Shown here: positions 26,688 through 37,648 of the stretch, piece by piece
Layout: every line of letters starts with the position of its first letter
Numbering within the stretch: position 1 is the first letter of the stretch
Origin: a virus
Lineage: Duplodnaviria > Caudoviricetes
Virus record (IMG/VR): IMGVR_UViG_3300035682_000039
Coordinates: 1-60,291 of that record
Strand: one strand, 5' to 3'
Length of the DNA stretch: 60,291 nt
Notes under the pieces: generated by a model
The model's input: only the letters and a program-made list of their open reading frames with translations
Database searches by the model: none
What the model was told of the DNA's origin: nothing
Made by a program: the position numbers and the translations under genes

Positions 26688-27334
26688 CATTCTTAGTTGC
26701 TAACATACCACCAGTCAAATGCTTTGTGCGTAGAGAGTTTCTTTACAACCACGAGTCAGGGCATGGAGAACTAGAGCCATGCGTATGGATGACTGCCAAG
26801 GCGATCAAGGGTCAAGCGTTTCGCATAGAGTCGATGCTAACTAACTATGGGGCGTTGTACGACAAGCTACCAATCCATGCCTATGTATGGAAAGAAGTAG
26901 CCGAGCCGTTGCCGTTAGATCATTTACAGATATGGGATTGCCTATCATATGACATGGCGGTGATTGAGAAGTCAAACCTACGTGGGCTAAAGGTCAAGTT
27001 CTTTGGTAAAGACAAACAGTTTCACTTTGGCAACTACCTGTTTACCATTGACTTTGCCTCGCCCGAATCTAACAGACTAGATACTAGCTTTTCAGAGGGT
27101 GTTGAGGAGCATAAGTCGTATAACTTTATACGCCTAGATAACGGGCAGTTTGCCTGCCAGCCCAACAATCGTTGCTTATGGTATGACGTATCGCTTGTGC
27201 CTGCTGTCTTAAAGACCCCTGACTTCAAGATACCCACCGAGGTATATAGCGTTGAGAACCACGCTAAGTGGAGTGCTAAGGATGAATGGTTTTATAACTT
27301 TGAAAATATAGAAGAAAAACAGGGGATTCAATGA
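26684..27334 (+). CDS. Conserved phage hypothetical protein
   Basis: FLVANIPP, GALYDKLP, LQIWDC, EHKS, NGQFACQPNNR. Confidence 0.8.
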   Translation: MTFLVANIPPVKCFVRREFLYNHESGHGELEPCVWMTAKAIKGQAFRIESMLTNYGALYDKLPIHAYVWKEVAEPLPLDHLQIWDCLSYDMAVIEKSNLRGLKVKFFGKDKQFHFGNYLFTIDFASPESNRLDTSFSEGVEEHKSYNFIRLDNGQFACQPNNRCLWYDVSLVPAVLKTPDFKIPTEVYSVENHAKWSAKDEWFYNFENIEEKQGIQ

Positions 27335-28068
27335 TTCATTATCATGGGTTGCCTATTACACCAGCAACAGTTGCAAACTATGCGGTGCAAGCTGGTCATG
27401 CATTTGTGTCTTTTGCTCACCCTGACCAAATTGGAACAGCCATTGAAGTATGCCAATCATTTGCTTTAGACAATGGTGCGTTTAGTGCTTGGAAGTCAGG
27501 CAAGCCCATTAAAGATTGGACTGAGTTCTACGATTGGGCATTAAACCTTAAAAAAGTACCATCGTGTGATTTTGCTTGTATTCCAGATGTAATTGATGGA
27601 ACAGAAGCTGACAATAATGCTTTGCTAAAAGATTGCCCATTACCACATTGGTTTGGTTCTCCTGTATGGCATTTGCATGAATCTTTAGAAAGATTAGAGC
27701 AGTTGGCTAATACCTATGTTCGGGTCTGCTTGGGTAGTTCAGGCGAATATGCCACAGTTGGCACTAACGCTTGGTGGTCAAGAATGGGTGCTGCTATGCG
27801 AGTTATTTGCGATGATATGGGAAGACCTATATGTAAACTACATGGGCTTAGAATGTTAGACCCCGCAGTATTTACTAAGTTTCCATTTAGCTCTACAGAC
27901 AGCACAAACATTGGCAGAAATGTAGGCATAGATAAACATTGGAAGAATGGTAATTATCCACCTCCCACTAAAGAAGCTAGGGCGCAAGTAATGAGATCTA
28001 GAATTGAATCTCATAATGCCCCGCCAGTATGGAACTTTATGCAAGTAGAACAGGATGGTTTATTTTGA
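27331..28068 (+). CDS. TGT-fold (DpdA-like) putative guanine transglycosylase
   Basis: LDNGAFS, PDVI, PVWH, HGL, SSTDST; adjacent to a QueD-like gene. Confidence 0.6.
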   Translation: MIHYHGLPITPATVANYAVQAGHAFVSFAHPDQIGTAIEVCQSFALDNGAFSAWKSGKPIKDWTEFYDWALNLKKVPSCDFACIPDVIDGTEADNNALLKDCPLPHWFGSPVWHLHESLERLEQLANTYVRVCLGSSGEYATVGTNAWWSRMGAAMRVICDDMGRPICKLHGLRMLDPAVFTKFPFSSTDSTNIGRNVGIDKHWKNGNYPPPTKEARAQVMRSRIESHNAPPVWNFMQVEQDGLF

Positions 28069-28436
28069 AATTAACTCAAACTTTTTTCTTTGATGCTGCA
28101 CACACTTTAAACAGAGCAGTTAATGTTTATGACCATATCAAGTCTAAAAACATACATGGACATACCTACCACGCTAGTATTTCGATAGAGGGTGAACCAA
28201 ACAAAAATGGCATGGTTAAGGATTTTAAGGATATAAAACAAGCTGTAGATGCTATTCGCTACGCTTTAGACCATGAACTACTAGACAATGTCCCTGAACT
28301 TGGTATTCCAACCTTAGAAAACCTTTGCTTGTTTATTGCAAAAAAACTTAAAAGTATTAATGTTTGCGAAGTAACTGTAGAACGAAAAGCTTTAGGTGAT
28401 AAATGTACTTATACATTAGAAAAGGAAGAAAAATGA
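28065..28436 (+). CDS. queD: QueD / 6-pyruvoyl-tetrahydropterin synthase family protein
   Basis: FDAAH, IHGHTY, GMVKDF, LDH, PTLENL; TTGA overlap. Confidence 0.85.
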   Translation: MKLTQTFFFDAAHTLNRAVNVYDHIKSKNIHGHTYHASISIEGEPNKNGMVKDFKDIKQAVDAIRYALDHELLDNVPELGIPTLENLCLFIAKKLKSINVCEVTVERKALGDKCTYTLEKEEK

Positions 28437-28654
28437 CTAATTGGACTACCAAAGATCGTTATAATACATCACCCCCACACATTGTTGATAGCGGAGCAAG
28501 CCCGAAAACCTTGTCGGATTTTATTGCCCAAGAGCAACGTTTAGAAATGCTAAGAGACCATATCCACAAACTCTATGAAGAAATTCATAGGTTAAGGGAC
28601 GAGAACGCTAGACTTAAAAGAGAAATAGAGAATTGGATGGACGGAAGATGCTAG
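28433..28654 (+). CDS. Small coiled-coil hypothetical protein
   Basis: AAGGA RBS; ATGA overlap. Confidence 0.6.
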   Translation: MTNWTTKDRYNTSPPHIVDSGASPKTLSDFIAQEQRLEMLRDHIHKLYEEIHRLRDENARLKREIENWMDGRC

Positions 28655-28759
28655 AACTTATGCAAACTTTGTTAGCCGTATTTGGAGTTGGCATCGCTCT
28701 GGCTTTGGTTTTATTTTTATTGGTGTATTTAATGATGAAGTTTTTTCATCTCAAATGAA

Positions 28760-29047
28760 ATGTACCGTAACCAAAAACTTTTAGAGATAGTTCGTAATTC
28801 TCCATGCCAGAATTGTGGTTCTCAGAACGGCACAGTCTGCGCGGCTCACTCTAATCAGCTCCGTGACGGCAAGGGTAGATCCCTCAAGGCTCACGATTTT
28901 CGGGTAGCGGCTTTGTGTTTTCGTTGTCATTCCAATCTGGATCAGGGATACCAGATGGATAAGGAAGAACGCAGGGAATTATGGGAAGAAGCCCACCGCA
29001 AGACGATTGCCTGGCTATTTGAGAACGATCACTTAGTCGTCAAGTAA
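28760..29047 (+). CDS. DUF1364/DUF968-like putative nuclease
   Basis: PCQNCG, AAHSN, LCFRCH. Confidence 0.7.
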   Translation: MYRNQKLLEIVRNSPCQNCGSQNGTVCAAHSNQLRDGKGRSLKAHDFRVAALCFRCHSNLDQGYQMDKEERRELWEEAHRKTIAWLFENDHLVVK

Positions 29048-32000
29048 CTACTTAGACTTACGGATGTCTTCCATCTGTTTGGCAATGTCCGACATTAGGA
29101 TCTTGATACGGTTCATCTCAGCCCGTTTGTCATCGGTATTAATGTCTTTACTATTCTCAATAATACGGCTTTGTTTGCGTAACTCAGCCAACTGTTTGGT
29201 AGCTTTGTCATAGACTTTGGACAGGGCAATCTTGTCACCCTTCTCTTCCATAATCTTGGTGACTTTCTCCATATCTCCCAGCTCGGCATAGTGACGCATA
29301 TCCGCCAAAGCAGACTGTAGCCTGGCGTTATTCTCATAAAACTGAGTCATATACTTAGATTGGGTCTCTGGCTCGGTTTTAATAAATCCCATAGCCAAGG
29401 TATCAATCACAGGCTTACGAACCCGTGTACCCTCTCTAAATGGCTCTACGGCTAGATCTGCGGTGGACGCTGCGGTAGCACCCATCCATCCTAAATAGGA
29501 CTTGATAAAGTAATCCATCTGGACTGGAGAAATACCCTGTGCGTCTGGGTTAAATGTCAAAACTTTTGCGGCTCCTTCGGATACACCGCCCAGTGTTTGA
29601 GCTATAACACTAGTCCTATTGGTCATACGCTCTTGCTTAGACAGTCTTTCCATACCAGCAGATTCAATCGGCGCCCCTGTGAAGCTGTCCTTATTTGCAT
29701 AGATGTCAATCAAAGGCTTAATCATCTGTGGCATTGGGTTTAAAGAGAAGGTGTCCATGAGGATGTGATTTAAGCGTTCTGCAAAGACCTTACCTTCTAC
29801 GCCCTCGTCAGCCAACTGTTCGTAGGTTCTCTCGGCAATCGTCCCCAAAGCACCAATCTCAAATGGCTTAGGAATACGGAATGCCACATCACCAATCTTG
29901 AACCACCAGAAGTTATCCCGATCCCAACCTTCCCGTCTTTGGAAGTCTTCATCGTCCTTGTAGATTCCATAGAGGAGAACCGATGCCAGCATGATGGCAC
30001 TGGACATGGTCATAAAGCGTTGGGCTTTTTGCTTATCAGACAGGCTTGTTTCTTTGCCAGTCGTGGCGTTATAGATTAAACGATAGGTTGGTGTGATACC
30101 GTCTCTTCCAAGTTTATAAAGACCTTGTAAACGGGCGTTAAAGAAGGGAACTAACGAAGCAATGACTTTGACAGTACGGAACTGCCCTTGCATCGAGAAG
30201 TCCATTAAGTCTCTGGCTGCAAAGGATGCTTCAAGATGGGACTTACCGCTGTCCCGTAATTTTCTATATAGAGCTAGACGGTTGGCGTTCTCAAACTTAT
30301 TACCTAATTCGTTATAGTTATTTAATAAGTCTTGGAACATCCCTTTAATTTTTTCAGGGCTATCAAGAATGGTTGTTTCTTTAATGCCCTTGTCGATTAA
30401 TCGCTTAATCATCTTAGCCTGGTCGCCTTCGTGAGCTGTACCCATCTCAAAGATACCGCCACCAGCCAACGCTGCCATAAAAGTTGGATCGCCCTTTTTA
30501 GACATCCGTAAGCCGTTATATACGTTCTCAATCATATTCGGGCCTAACTCTGATACTGCGGCAGAGGACATCGAATCACGGATTAAGTTGCGGATCTTAT
30601 AGGCTGGGGATAGGGTGACACCATACCGTAAGGCATTTGTAAACCCTTTGGCAATATCCAAGAACGCACTCTTAGGACCTAGATAGGAAATTGTAGAGAT
30701 AGCGTCTACTAGATCTGGATCGGATAAGGCGTAGTGAACGGTCTTACCATTCTCCATAAACTTAATAGTATTGGGAGGGTACTTGCCATCCATAGGCTTA
30801 ACCTTCTCCGCGGCTCCCATAGATTCCGCATCGTTAATGGTTTGATTGGTTGCCTGATTTTTCATCGAAGCAGACAGGATGTGAGACCAATTCAAAAGCA
30901 CATTCTCCATGAGGTCGTTGACCTTCTTCTCCCCGCCTTTTAAAGCCTTGGAGAAGTACTGGCCTGTTAATTTAGAGGATGCGTTAACGGCATCTACACT
31001 ACCGTCTTCCATTTGTTTATAGAATGGGATGTAGTAAATGTCGTTAGAGAAAACCTGATAGGCAGCGTTATCAATTAAACCTGTCTCTCTTGCAATATCC
31101 AAGACCGACTTGTTTAATTGATTTTCTTCCTGTAAGGCTTTGTCATAGAGTTCTTTACGGGATTTACCATTTAACTTGCCTTGGGATAATTTATCCCGCA
31201 ACTGAATGGTAGCGTCATCAAATGACCGTTTATCAGGAGGCATCCGTGCATCACGATTCAGAGCTTTCCACATTTGATATTGGTCTACCTCAGTGCCTAA
31301 TGGCTCTAGGATTGCCAGCAAGCCTTTTGTATTGGGACGAATATCTAACGCTCCGTCCTTCAAGTAAACCTGACCATGCTCTAAAAGTCCCTGTAAACCG
31401 CCATCGATGGACTTCGATAAACGAGCCATCATATAGCCTTCGGTTGAGTACTTTTTGATTGCTCGGAACTCGTCAAAGACACCCGTAATAAACCGCTCAA
31501 AGAAGTTATCTTTTAGATTCTCAAACTTCTGTCCTACGGTAGCCTCTTCTTGAACAAACTGTTTACGCAGTAAGTTCTTTTCATCTTCAGTCAGCCCTTC
31601 AAAGGTACCCTTCATTTCTTTTTGAAATAAAGTTCCTTGACCAGATGCGCCCTTTTTGCCCGTTGGTTTCTGACCAAAGCTATATCCTCTAGATATAATC
31701 CGATCGCCAATCATATCAATATCTTCGCTAAGAACAGACTCAGAAGTTCTGATCAAACGATCTAAGGCAGATTCGTAGTCCTTGTTGATGCCAAGAATCT
31801 CTCTAATTAACTGTACTAATTTGGTAAATGCGGTCTTCTCGCCAACTTTAATCTCGCTCAAGAAGGTTTGCATATCCTTATCGGTTAATCCCCAAGAAAC
31901 TAACTCATCAATGTTGCGTAATGCGTTAATTTCTTTGTTATATATCCGTTGCATAAACGGAGTAAGTTCCTTCTTTGCAATTTTTTCGTTGTAGTATTTG

Positions 32001-34984
32001 ACAACCTGATTGCGTAAATCGTTTAATTCAACCACCAATTTATCGTTCTTAGACTCCGTGAATAGTTGACCGCTGGTGGCAACGTGCAACAACTCATGCA
32101 AAATAGTTGTATAGTTCATGCCAGATGGATAGCCAAATTGATTGTCTAATATGGCTGCACCATTGAGATTTAACTCTATATTGGCTAATATGTTGGCAGA
32201 ATAATCAAAGTTTACAGAACCTTTAGCTTCCATCATTTTGACTGGTCTTTTACTACCAGAATGAATAACAAAGCTCAACTTAATGCCACGGGCTTCGATC
32301 TCTTTGATCCGCTTGTTTACCATTTTGGCAATTACTTTAGCAAACTTATTAGGTGCGTTCTTGACAGACCAGTCAGATACCTCGGTAATTGTTTTGCCAG
32401 TTAATTCTTTTTCAAGAAGTTGATCTTCTTTGGAAATCTTAGATGGTTTGCCGCCTTCCCGAGACTCTAAAGTTCCTTTTCCTTCAGCGTCTCCCTTAAA
32501 CTCTTCTGCAATAGCCTCCTCTGGAGCGCCTTTTAGCTTGTTCTCTAGGTATTCAATGTTGTTTTGAATGGACTCCAAATCCCTTATGACACGAATGTTT
32601 TGGGGCGTTGGCACGAATCCACCATCAACCGATGTGCGGATTAGTTCTCTAAAGTCACTAACACCACCGTCTACGCTATTTAGATCTACATCGGCTGCCG
32701 TTAGGATGTTTTGCTCAATAGCAATCCTTAATAAATCATCAAGGAACATACCGCCCTTGCGGAATAGACGATTGGGAATCCGTTTATCAATACCAATATC
32801 AGCCCTCTCGGACGGATCAATTCCAAAGCCCATCATCCATTTCTTAAATTCATCTGGCTCTTTTTCAAGTTTTTCTTTGCGTTTATACAGCTCTAGTATT
32901 TCTACTTGATCGGGATTTGGATTAACAAGAACATTTTCGGTTAACTCCCTTTCGCCATCCTTGTACTTGGCAAAACGTTTTTTGCCCTTTTGAACAATGG
33001 TTCCGTATTTAGTCTGGATGTTTCCCTCTGGATCAATGAACACAAACTGTTCTTGACCTTCCGCCTTACCTTCTATTTCTAGGGGAGGATTGAGGATGTC
33101 ATAGATATATTGAGGGGTAAGGAACTCAGTACGATTTAGATAAGTGTCAATATTGTCTTTAACTATCTGGCTCTTTGATTGATCCTTAAATGCCATCAAC
33201 TTAGCACGGACTCGATCGGCATTCTCAGGGACGGATAAGTCGGCATTAAGTACTTCTGGATCTTGATAGATTGTAGCGACTGGGTTAATGCCTAAGCCTT
33301 TTAAGACTTCTGACGAAACAATATTATTAAACGCAGACAGGGCGGCTTTATCTACATCTTTAGACTGTATAAACTTGTCATATTCATCGTAAATCTTCTT
33401 GATCTCTGGGCGGTCTTTAAAGCCTTTAATCATGCGGTCACGAAGAGCCTTAGCATCTGCCTCTGGAGTGGTCGTAGCCTCGGTAATCTGGGTAGGCGTT
33501 TCCGATACAGGCAGAGGTTGGAACTCGGGCCTTGTTAGGTAGTCTTCAATATTCTTACGAATCGTAGGATTGGCTTTTGGATACCTTTTAAGGTAGTCCT
33601 GAAGAGCTTCTTTAACCTTAGCTGCTTCTTGTGGGTTAGCAATATCTGCACCCAAAATATCTTGGTTTTTATACAGATTAGCCTTGGGAGAGATACCAAA
33701 AGACCTAATGCGGTCGGCATCAAAAGTACGATCTTTAATCTGCTCTGGGCTGGCAATCCCATACTTCTCTCTAAAGCCCTCCTCAGACAGTTCTGAGGTA
33801 GCGGTAGGGGCAAACTGAGTACGCTCGCTAGGAAAGATCGTAGTGCCGTCAGGATTGACAATAATCGGGGTATAAACTCCGCTACCCTCTACGGTGGGGT
33901 CATAACCAATTGCTAGATTTACTTGTTGTGGTTGAAGGGTTTCGGCTGCCTTACGTTTGGCTTCTTCCAGTTGGGCTTTGGCTCTCTCTAACTCAACCGC
34001 ATTCGCTTTATTTAAAAAACTGGCAGGTAGACCAAATAAAGCACCACCAACAGCTCCAAGACCAGCGGCTGCACCTACTCCCTTAAGGACATCTGTTTCG
34101 GGTGCTACACCCTGTAATTGAACATTTGAGATTAATTGACCGCCACCCTCTTCTACGGCTTCGCTGAGGGTCTCGCCCAAGGTTCCACGGATAATCCCTG
34201 TCTTGGGGACTCCAGCCATGCCACGAGTTAAAGCTTTTTCAATGGTAGAGCCAGCTCCAAAAGATGTGCCAACTGTAAGGGCTGCGGCTTGAACGGCTGC
34301 CATACGACCACGAGATAAAGCCTCTCTCATGGCGGTTTGATCATCAACGCCCTGACTAATTAATTCGTTATAAACATTCTCATAGGTTGCTGTACCAATG
34401 TCTGCGCCTTGCATGGTAGCGCCTGTACCAATCGCACCACGAACACCCGCTTTGGCAAAGACATCATCGGTAGCGTTTTTCATGGCTACTTTGACTACGC
34501 CACGAGTCAATAAGCCACCGCCCATTGTTCCAATTAGGTTGGGAATTTGTTCAAAAATAAAGGAGCTAAGTAAAGCTGGATCTTTAAGAGTCTGCCCAAT
34601 AGCAGTACCAGCCTCATCTAAAAGACCTTCTGCTTGGGAAATCTTTTGACTTCTTAGAGTTTCTTTAGCTCTTAATGCAGGCGACTTGGCTTCTTCGGAA
34701 AATGCTTCAAGCCGTTTACCAACTCCTTGAAGTCCCGTGGTTTCATCTGGACGTCCTGTGATAAGACCAGAAACTTGCCCCGGAATCTGAAGCAATGAGC
34801 CAATTCCTTTACCAATTGGAGCTACAACATCGGTAGCCATTTCACCAATGGTTCTGCTTTGTTTGGCTAATATCTCAGGAAATTGGGGGAGAATATCTCG
34901 CTCAATGGCATTTTTAATTTCTTCAGGCGCCATTGTGTCAGGGAAACTAACCTGACCGACCCCTTCGACATTGACAATCGGCAT
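29048..34984 (-). CDS. Large internal virion/ejection (polyvalent) protein with zincin motif and LPD38-like C-terminus
   Basis: 1978 aa; ILHELLHV; VPFFNARLQG, RIPKPFEIG, NKDSFTGAPI. Confidence 0.75.
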   Translation of the reverse strand: MPIVNVEGVGQVSFPDTMAPEEIKNAIERDILPQFPEILAKQSRTIGEMATDVVAPIGKGIGSLLQIPGQVSGLITGRPDETTGLQGVGKRLEAFSEEAKSPALRAKETLRSQKISQAEGLLDEAGTAIGQTLKDPALLSSFIFEQIPNLIGTMGGGLLTRGVVKVAMKNATDDVFAKAGVRGAIGTGATMQGADIGTATYENVYNELISQGVDDQTAMREALSRGRMAAVQAAALTVGTSFGAGSTIEKALTRGMAGVPKTGIIRGTLGETLSEAVEEGGGQLISNVQLQGVAPETDVLKGVGAAAGLGAVGGALFGLPASFLNKANAVELERAKAQLEEAKRKAAETLQPQQVNLAIGYDPTVEGSGVYTPIIVNPDGTTIFPSERTQFAPTATSELSEEGFREKYGIASPEQIKDRTFDADRIRSFGISPKANLYKNQDILGADIANPQEAAKVKEALQDYLKRYPKANPTIRKNIEDYLTRPEFQPLPVSETPTQITEATTTPEADAKALRDRMIKGFKDRPEIKKIYDEYDKFIQSKDVDKAALSAFNNIVSSEVLKGLGINPVATIYQDPEVLNADLSVPENADRVRAKLMAFKDQSKSQIVKDNIDTYLNRTEFLTPQYIYDILNPPLEIEGKAEGQEQFVFIDPEGNIQTKYGTIVQKGKKRFAKYKDGERELTENVLVNPNPDQVEILELYKRKEKLEKEPDEFKKWMMGFGIDPSERADIGIDKRIPNRLFRKGGMFLDDLLRIAIEQNILTAADVDLNSVDGGVSDFRELIRTSVDGGFVPTPQNIRVIRDLESIQNNIEYLENKLKGAPEEAIAEEFKGDAEGKGTLESREGGKPSKISKEDQLLEKELTGKTITEVSDWSVKNAPNKFAKVIAKMVNKRIKEIEARGIKLSFVIHSGSKRPVKMMEAKGSVNFDYSANILANIELNLNGAAILDNQFGYPSGMNYTTILHELLHVATSGQLFTESKNDKLVVELNDLRNQVVKYYNEKIAKKELTPFMQRIYNKEINALRNIDELVSWGLTDKDMQTFLSEIKVGEKTAFTKLVQLIREILGINKDYESALDRLIRTSESVLSEDIDMIGDRIISRGYSFGQKPTGKKGASGQGTLFQKEMKGTFEGLTEDEKNLLRKQFVQEEATVGQKFENLKDNFFERFITGVFDEFRAIKKYSTEGYMMARLSKSIDGGLQGLLEHGQVYLKDGALDIRPNTKGLLAILEPLGTEVDQYQMWKALNRDARMPPDKRSFDDATIQLRDKLSQGKLNGKSRKELYDKALQEENQLNKSVLDIARETGLIDNAAYQVFSNDIYYIPFYKQMEDGSVDAVNASSKLTGQYFSKALKGGEKKVNDLMENVLLNWSHILSASMKNQATNQTINDAESMGAAEKVKPMDGKYPPNTIKFMENGKTVHYALSDPDLVDAISTISYLGPKSAFLDIAKGFTNALRYGVTLSPAYKIRNLIRDSMSSAAVSELGPNMIENVYNGLRMSKKGDPTFMAALAGGGIFEMGTAHEGDQAKMIKRLIDKGIKETTILDSPEKIKGMFQDLLNNYNELGNKFENANRLALYRKLRDSGKSHLEASFAARDLMDFSMQGQFRTVKVIASLVPFFNARLQGLYKLGRDGITPTYRLIYNATTGKETSLSDKQKAQRFMTMSSAIMLASVLLYGIYKDDEDFQRREGWDRDNFWWFKIGDVAFRIPKPFEIGALGTIAERTYEQLADEGVEGKVFAERLNHILMDTFSLNPMPQMIKPLIDIYANKDSFTGAPIESAGMERLSKQERMTNRTSVIAQTLGGVSEGAAKVLTFNPDAQGISPVQMDYFIKSYLGWMGATAASTADLAVEPFREGTRVRKPVIDTLAMGFIKTEPETQSKYMTQFYENNARLQSALADMRHYAELGDMEKVTKIMEEKGDKIALSKVYDKATKQLAELRKQSRIIENSKDINTDDKRAEMNRIKILMSDIAKQMEDIRKSK

Positions 34985-34990
34985 GGATTT

Positions 34991-36700
34991 TTACTGTCCT
35001 AGTGATCGTGTCTGTGGATTGTATTTGATTACTGATGTTCTAGGTGCAGATATGTTTGAAATCCTTGCGTCTTTATATAGCTGTTGATAGATTGGATCCG
35101 TGCTAATAAATTTTGTATATGCTTCTTCTTGTTTGGCTGTTCTAGGAACTCCTTCCATAAAGAAACTTTTTAATACTCTATCGTTATAGTTTTTAAAGTT
35201 ATCTCTTGCCCTATCTAGATCTACAGACTGTTGAGCAAGATTGCGTCTTTTTATTTCTTCACCATAGTACAAACCTTCTACTTCTGATTTGTTTAATGCA
35301 CTCATTTCAGCAGCCCGTCTAGCCTTCGATGCGGCTAAAGTCTCTACGCCCTTAGCACCGCCAGCACCAATGTTAGTAAACGCATAAGGCGAAGTTCCAC
35401 CTAACATTCCAAGTCCAGCTGCCAATAAAGCTAAGTTACGATCTTCGGCAGCACTCTTTTTAATGGCTTCCCTATCTTCTTTGCGTTGAGCAACTATTTC
35501 AGCAAAGATATCTCGCTCGGCTGCTTTAGGAGGATTGGTATATTGAGCTATTTCTTCTGGGGTTAGGGCTGGCGCGGCTGGTGTAGCAGGCTCTTTCTTG
35601 GCGGTTTCTTTCTTTTTAGATGGTTGACTATACCCACTAAATGACGTTTGACCAGACGCTGGATCAATTACATCACTGAGGTCTGGACGAGGAACAAAAA
35701 TATCATCAGGAGGTAAATCTTCAAAACCACCCATCGTGCTACCGCCATATTGGAAGTGCTTAACCTCACCGCCAGAAGCAAGACCAACCATATAGTTTCT
35801 AGTCTCTCGTGGTAGATTGCCAATACCGCCTTCTGATCTCAAAGCACGATCTAATCTGCCCGGACCTGCGTTATAGGCTGCCGCTGCCAACGCTGGATCT
35901 TGGTATTTGTTGTACATTTTCTTTAAGTAGGAAATACCACCTTGGATATTTTCCATAGGATCTAAAGGATTAACCCCTAACTCTTTAGCGGTTCCAGGCA
36001 TCAATTGCATAACGCCTAATGCACCAGCTTTTGATTTAGCGGACTCTGGGTTAGCTAGATTACCTGTTTCTTTATACAGCACATGGACAGCTAACCGAGG
36101 ATCTACACCTTGACGGGTTGCCTCTTGAATAACCAAATCCTCATACTTATGACTACCCTTTTTGACTGCTGGCATGGATGCTGTAGCTGGAGCGTTTTCA
36201 ACAGGAATCCCTGCTTTTGCTCGTTCAGCAGCAAATGATTGAGGAATAATTTCTTTTACTTTGCTTGGAATGTTGGAGAGCATTGCGTATAACTGCTCTA
36301 CAGGCACACCAAACGATTCCATACGAGACTTGCGAATACGATCTTCTTCATCATCTTCTACATCACCGCCTTCATCAAAGGCAATAATTCCACCGCCAGC
36401 GTACTGTCTTTCAGGAACGGGGATTTGAGCAACGCCCATGTTGTCAACTGCTGGCTGTTCTGCCATAGCATTAGTAGCCATGACTTGCTCTAGTACAGAA
36501 GGCTGTGGCTGATTACCACCCTGTAGGGCTTGCATACGAGCAACGGCTTCTGCCATCTCTGCCTTACGCCCAAGGATCGGGGCAAGCATATCTTCACGGA
36601 TTTGACCCTTTTGAGCCATCTGCATAATCAGGATTTGTGGAAGTTTTGCTAAGTCGTCAATAGACTCAGTTTGTTGTTTTAGTGCGCCTAATATGCTCAT
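34991..36700 (-). CDS. Internal virion protein with lytic transglycosylase (SLT) domain
   Basis: KETG, GALGVMQLMPGTA, AAAAYNAGPG, ETRNY. Confidence 0.88.
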   Translation of the reverse strand: MSILGALKQQTESIDDLAKLPQILIMQMAQKGQIREDMLAPILGRKAEMAEAVARMQALQGGNQPQPSVLEQVMATNAMAEQPAVDNMGVAQIPVPERQYAGGGIIAFDEGGDVEDDEEDRIRKSRMESFGVPVEQLYAMLSNIPSKVKEIIPQSFAAERAKAGIPVENAPATASMPAVKKGSHKYEDLVIQEATRQGVDPRLAVHVLYKETGNLANPESAKSKAGALGVMQLMPGTAKELGVNPLDPMENIQGGISYLKKMYNKYQDPALAAAAYNAGPGRLDRALRSEGGIGNLPRETRNYMVGLASGGEVKHFQYGGSTMGGFEDLPPDDIFVPRPDLSDVIDPASGQTSFSGYSQPSKKKETAKKEPATPAAPALTPEEIAQYTNPPKAAERDIFAEIVAQRKEDREAIKKSAAEDRNLALLAAGLGMLGGTSPYAFTNIGAGGAKGVETLAASKARRAAEMSALNKSEVEGLYYGEEIKRRNLAQQSVDLDRARDNFKNYNDRVLKSFFMEGVPRTAKQEEAYTKFISTDPIYQQLYKDARISNISAPRTSVIKYNPQTRSLGQ

Positions 36701-36703
36701 AAT

Positions 36704-37639
36704 TTATTTTCCAAACATATTGTAAAGACCAAGTCCTGTTATGCCCATACCAGCTAATTGACTAGCAAAACTAGGTGGAGGCGTAGTCTGAGACCCAGAG
36801 CTTGCGGTCTGTGTTAATGGTACACCACGGGCTAAGTTGCTCATAGTCTCAATACTGGTTAATGGATAGTTCAATCTAGACATTAAGTCTTGATACTGAG
36901 CATCTAATTGTTGTTGCTGAACGCCACGCTGGAGGTCACCATATGCACCTTGAGTCTTAATACGGTCAATGTCTGAAGCTTGTTGAGCAGTACCTAAAGC
37001 ACCGTAAGTTTGACCCAACTGACCATAAGTTTGACCTAGTTGACCGTAACCAGCAGCTTGAGCCAATTGCGCTTTTTGTGCTGCTTCAAAGGCGTTCTGC
37101 ATTCCTGTAGCTTGGATGTTTCCTAATTTATTCTGTAGATTACGTTCTTGTTCAGTTTGCGAAAGTAACTGTCTAGCGCCACCATAAGTACCTTGACGGG
37201 CTGCGGCTAAATTACCAGACATTAAACCTTTTTGTGCATCCCTTGTGGCTTCTGCTTTGTTAACGTCAATAACATTTTGAGAGTAAGGAGACATATACAT
37301 AGCGGTTTGCTCTGGGCTTAACATAGAACCCAACGCACCCAAACCTAAAGCGGTAGAACCAACACCTAACTGAGCCGCACCCGTACCTGTACCAAACTGA
37401 GTAGGTGTTGCCATCTGCCCTAACTGAGTTCCTATCTGTTGCTGCATAGGAGACAAACCAGCCACACGACCTGACCCTGCTAGACCAGCTTGTTGTAACG
37501 GAGCGCCATAGGTAGTTTGATAGTCTTTAGATAAAAGAGTCTGTGCCGTAGGAAGCACACCACCAGCACCAGTAATATACGGGCGTAAGACCTCTGGGAC
37601 GTCTGTTAGTGCTGTTGATATTGAGGTAGAAGTTGCCAT
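36704..37639 (-). CDS. Putative DNA ejection protein
   Basis: Gln/Gly/Ala-rich; YMSPY; position in core-protein cluster. Confidence 0.65.
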   Translation of the reverse strand: MATSTSISTALTDVPEVLRPYITGAGGVLPTAQTLLSKDYQTTYGAPLQQAGLAGSGRVAGLSPMQQQIGTQLGQMATPTQFGTGTGAAQLGVGSTALGLGALGSMLSPEQTAMYMSPYSQNVIDVNKAEATRDAQKGLMSGNLAAARQGTYGGARQLLSQTEQERNLQNKLGNIQATGMQNAFEAAQKAQLAQAAGYGQLGQTYGQLGQTYGALGTAQQASDIDRIKTQGAYGDLQRGVQQQQLDAQYQDLMSRLNYPLTSIETMSNLARGVPLTQTASSGSQTTPPPSFASQLAGMGITGLGLYNMFGK

Positions 37640-37648
37640 ATTAGTCCT

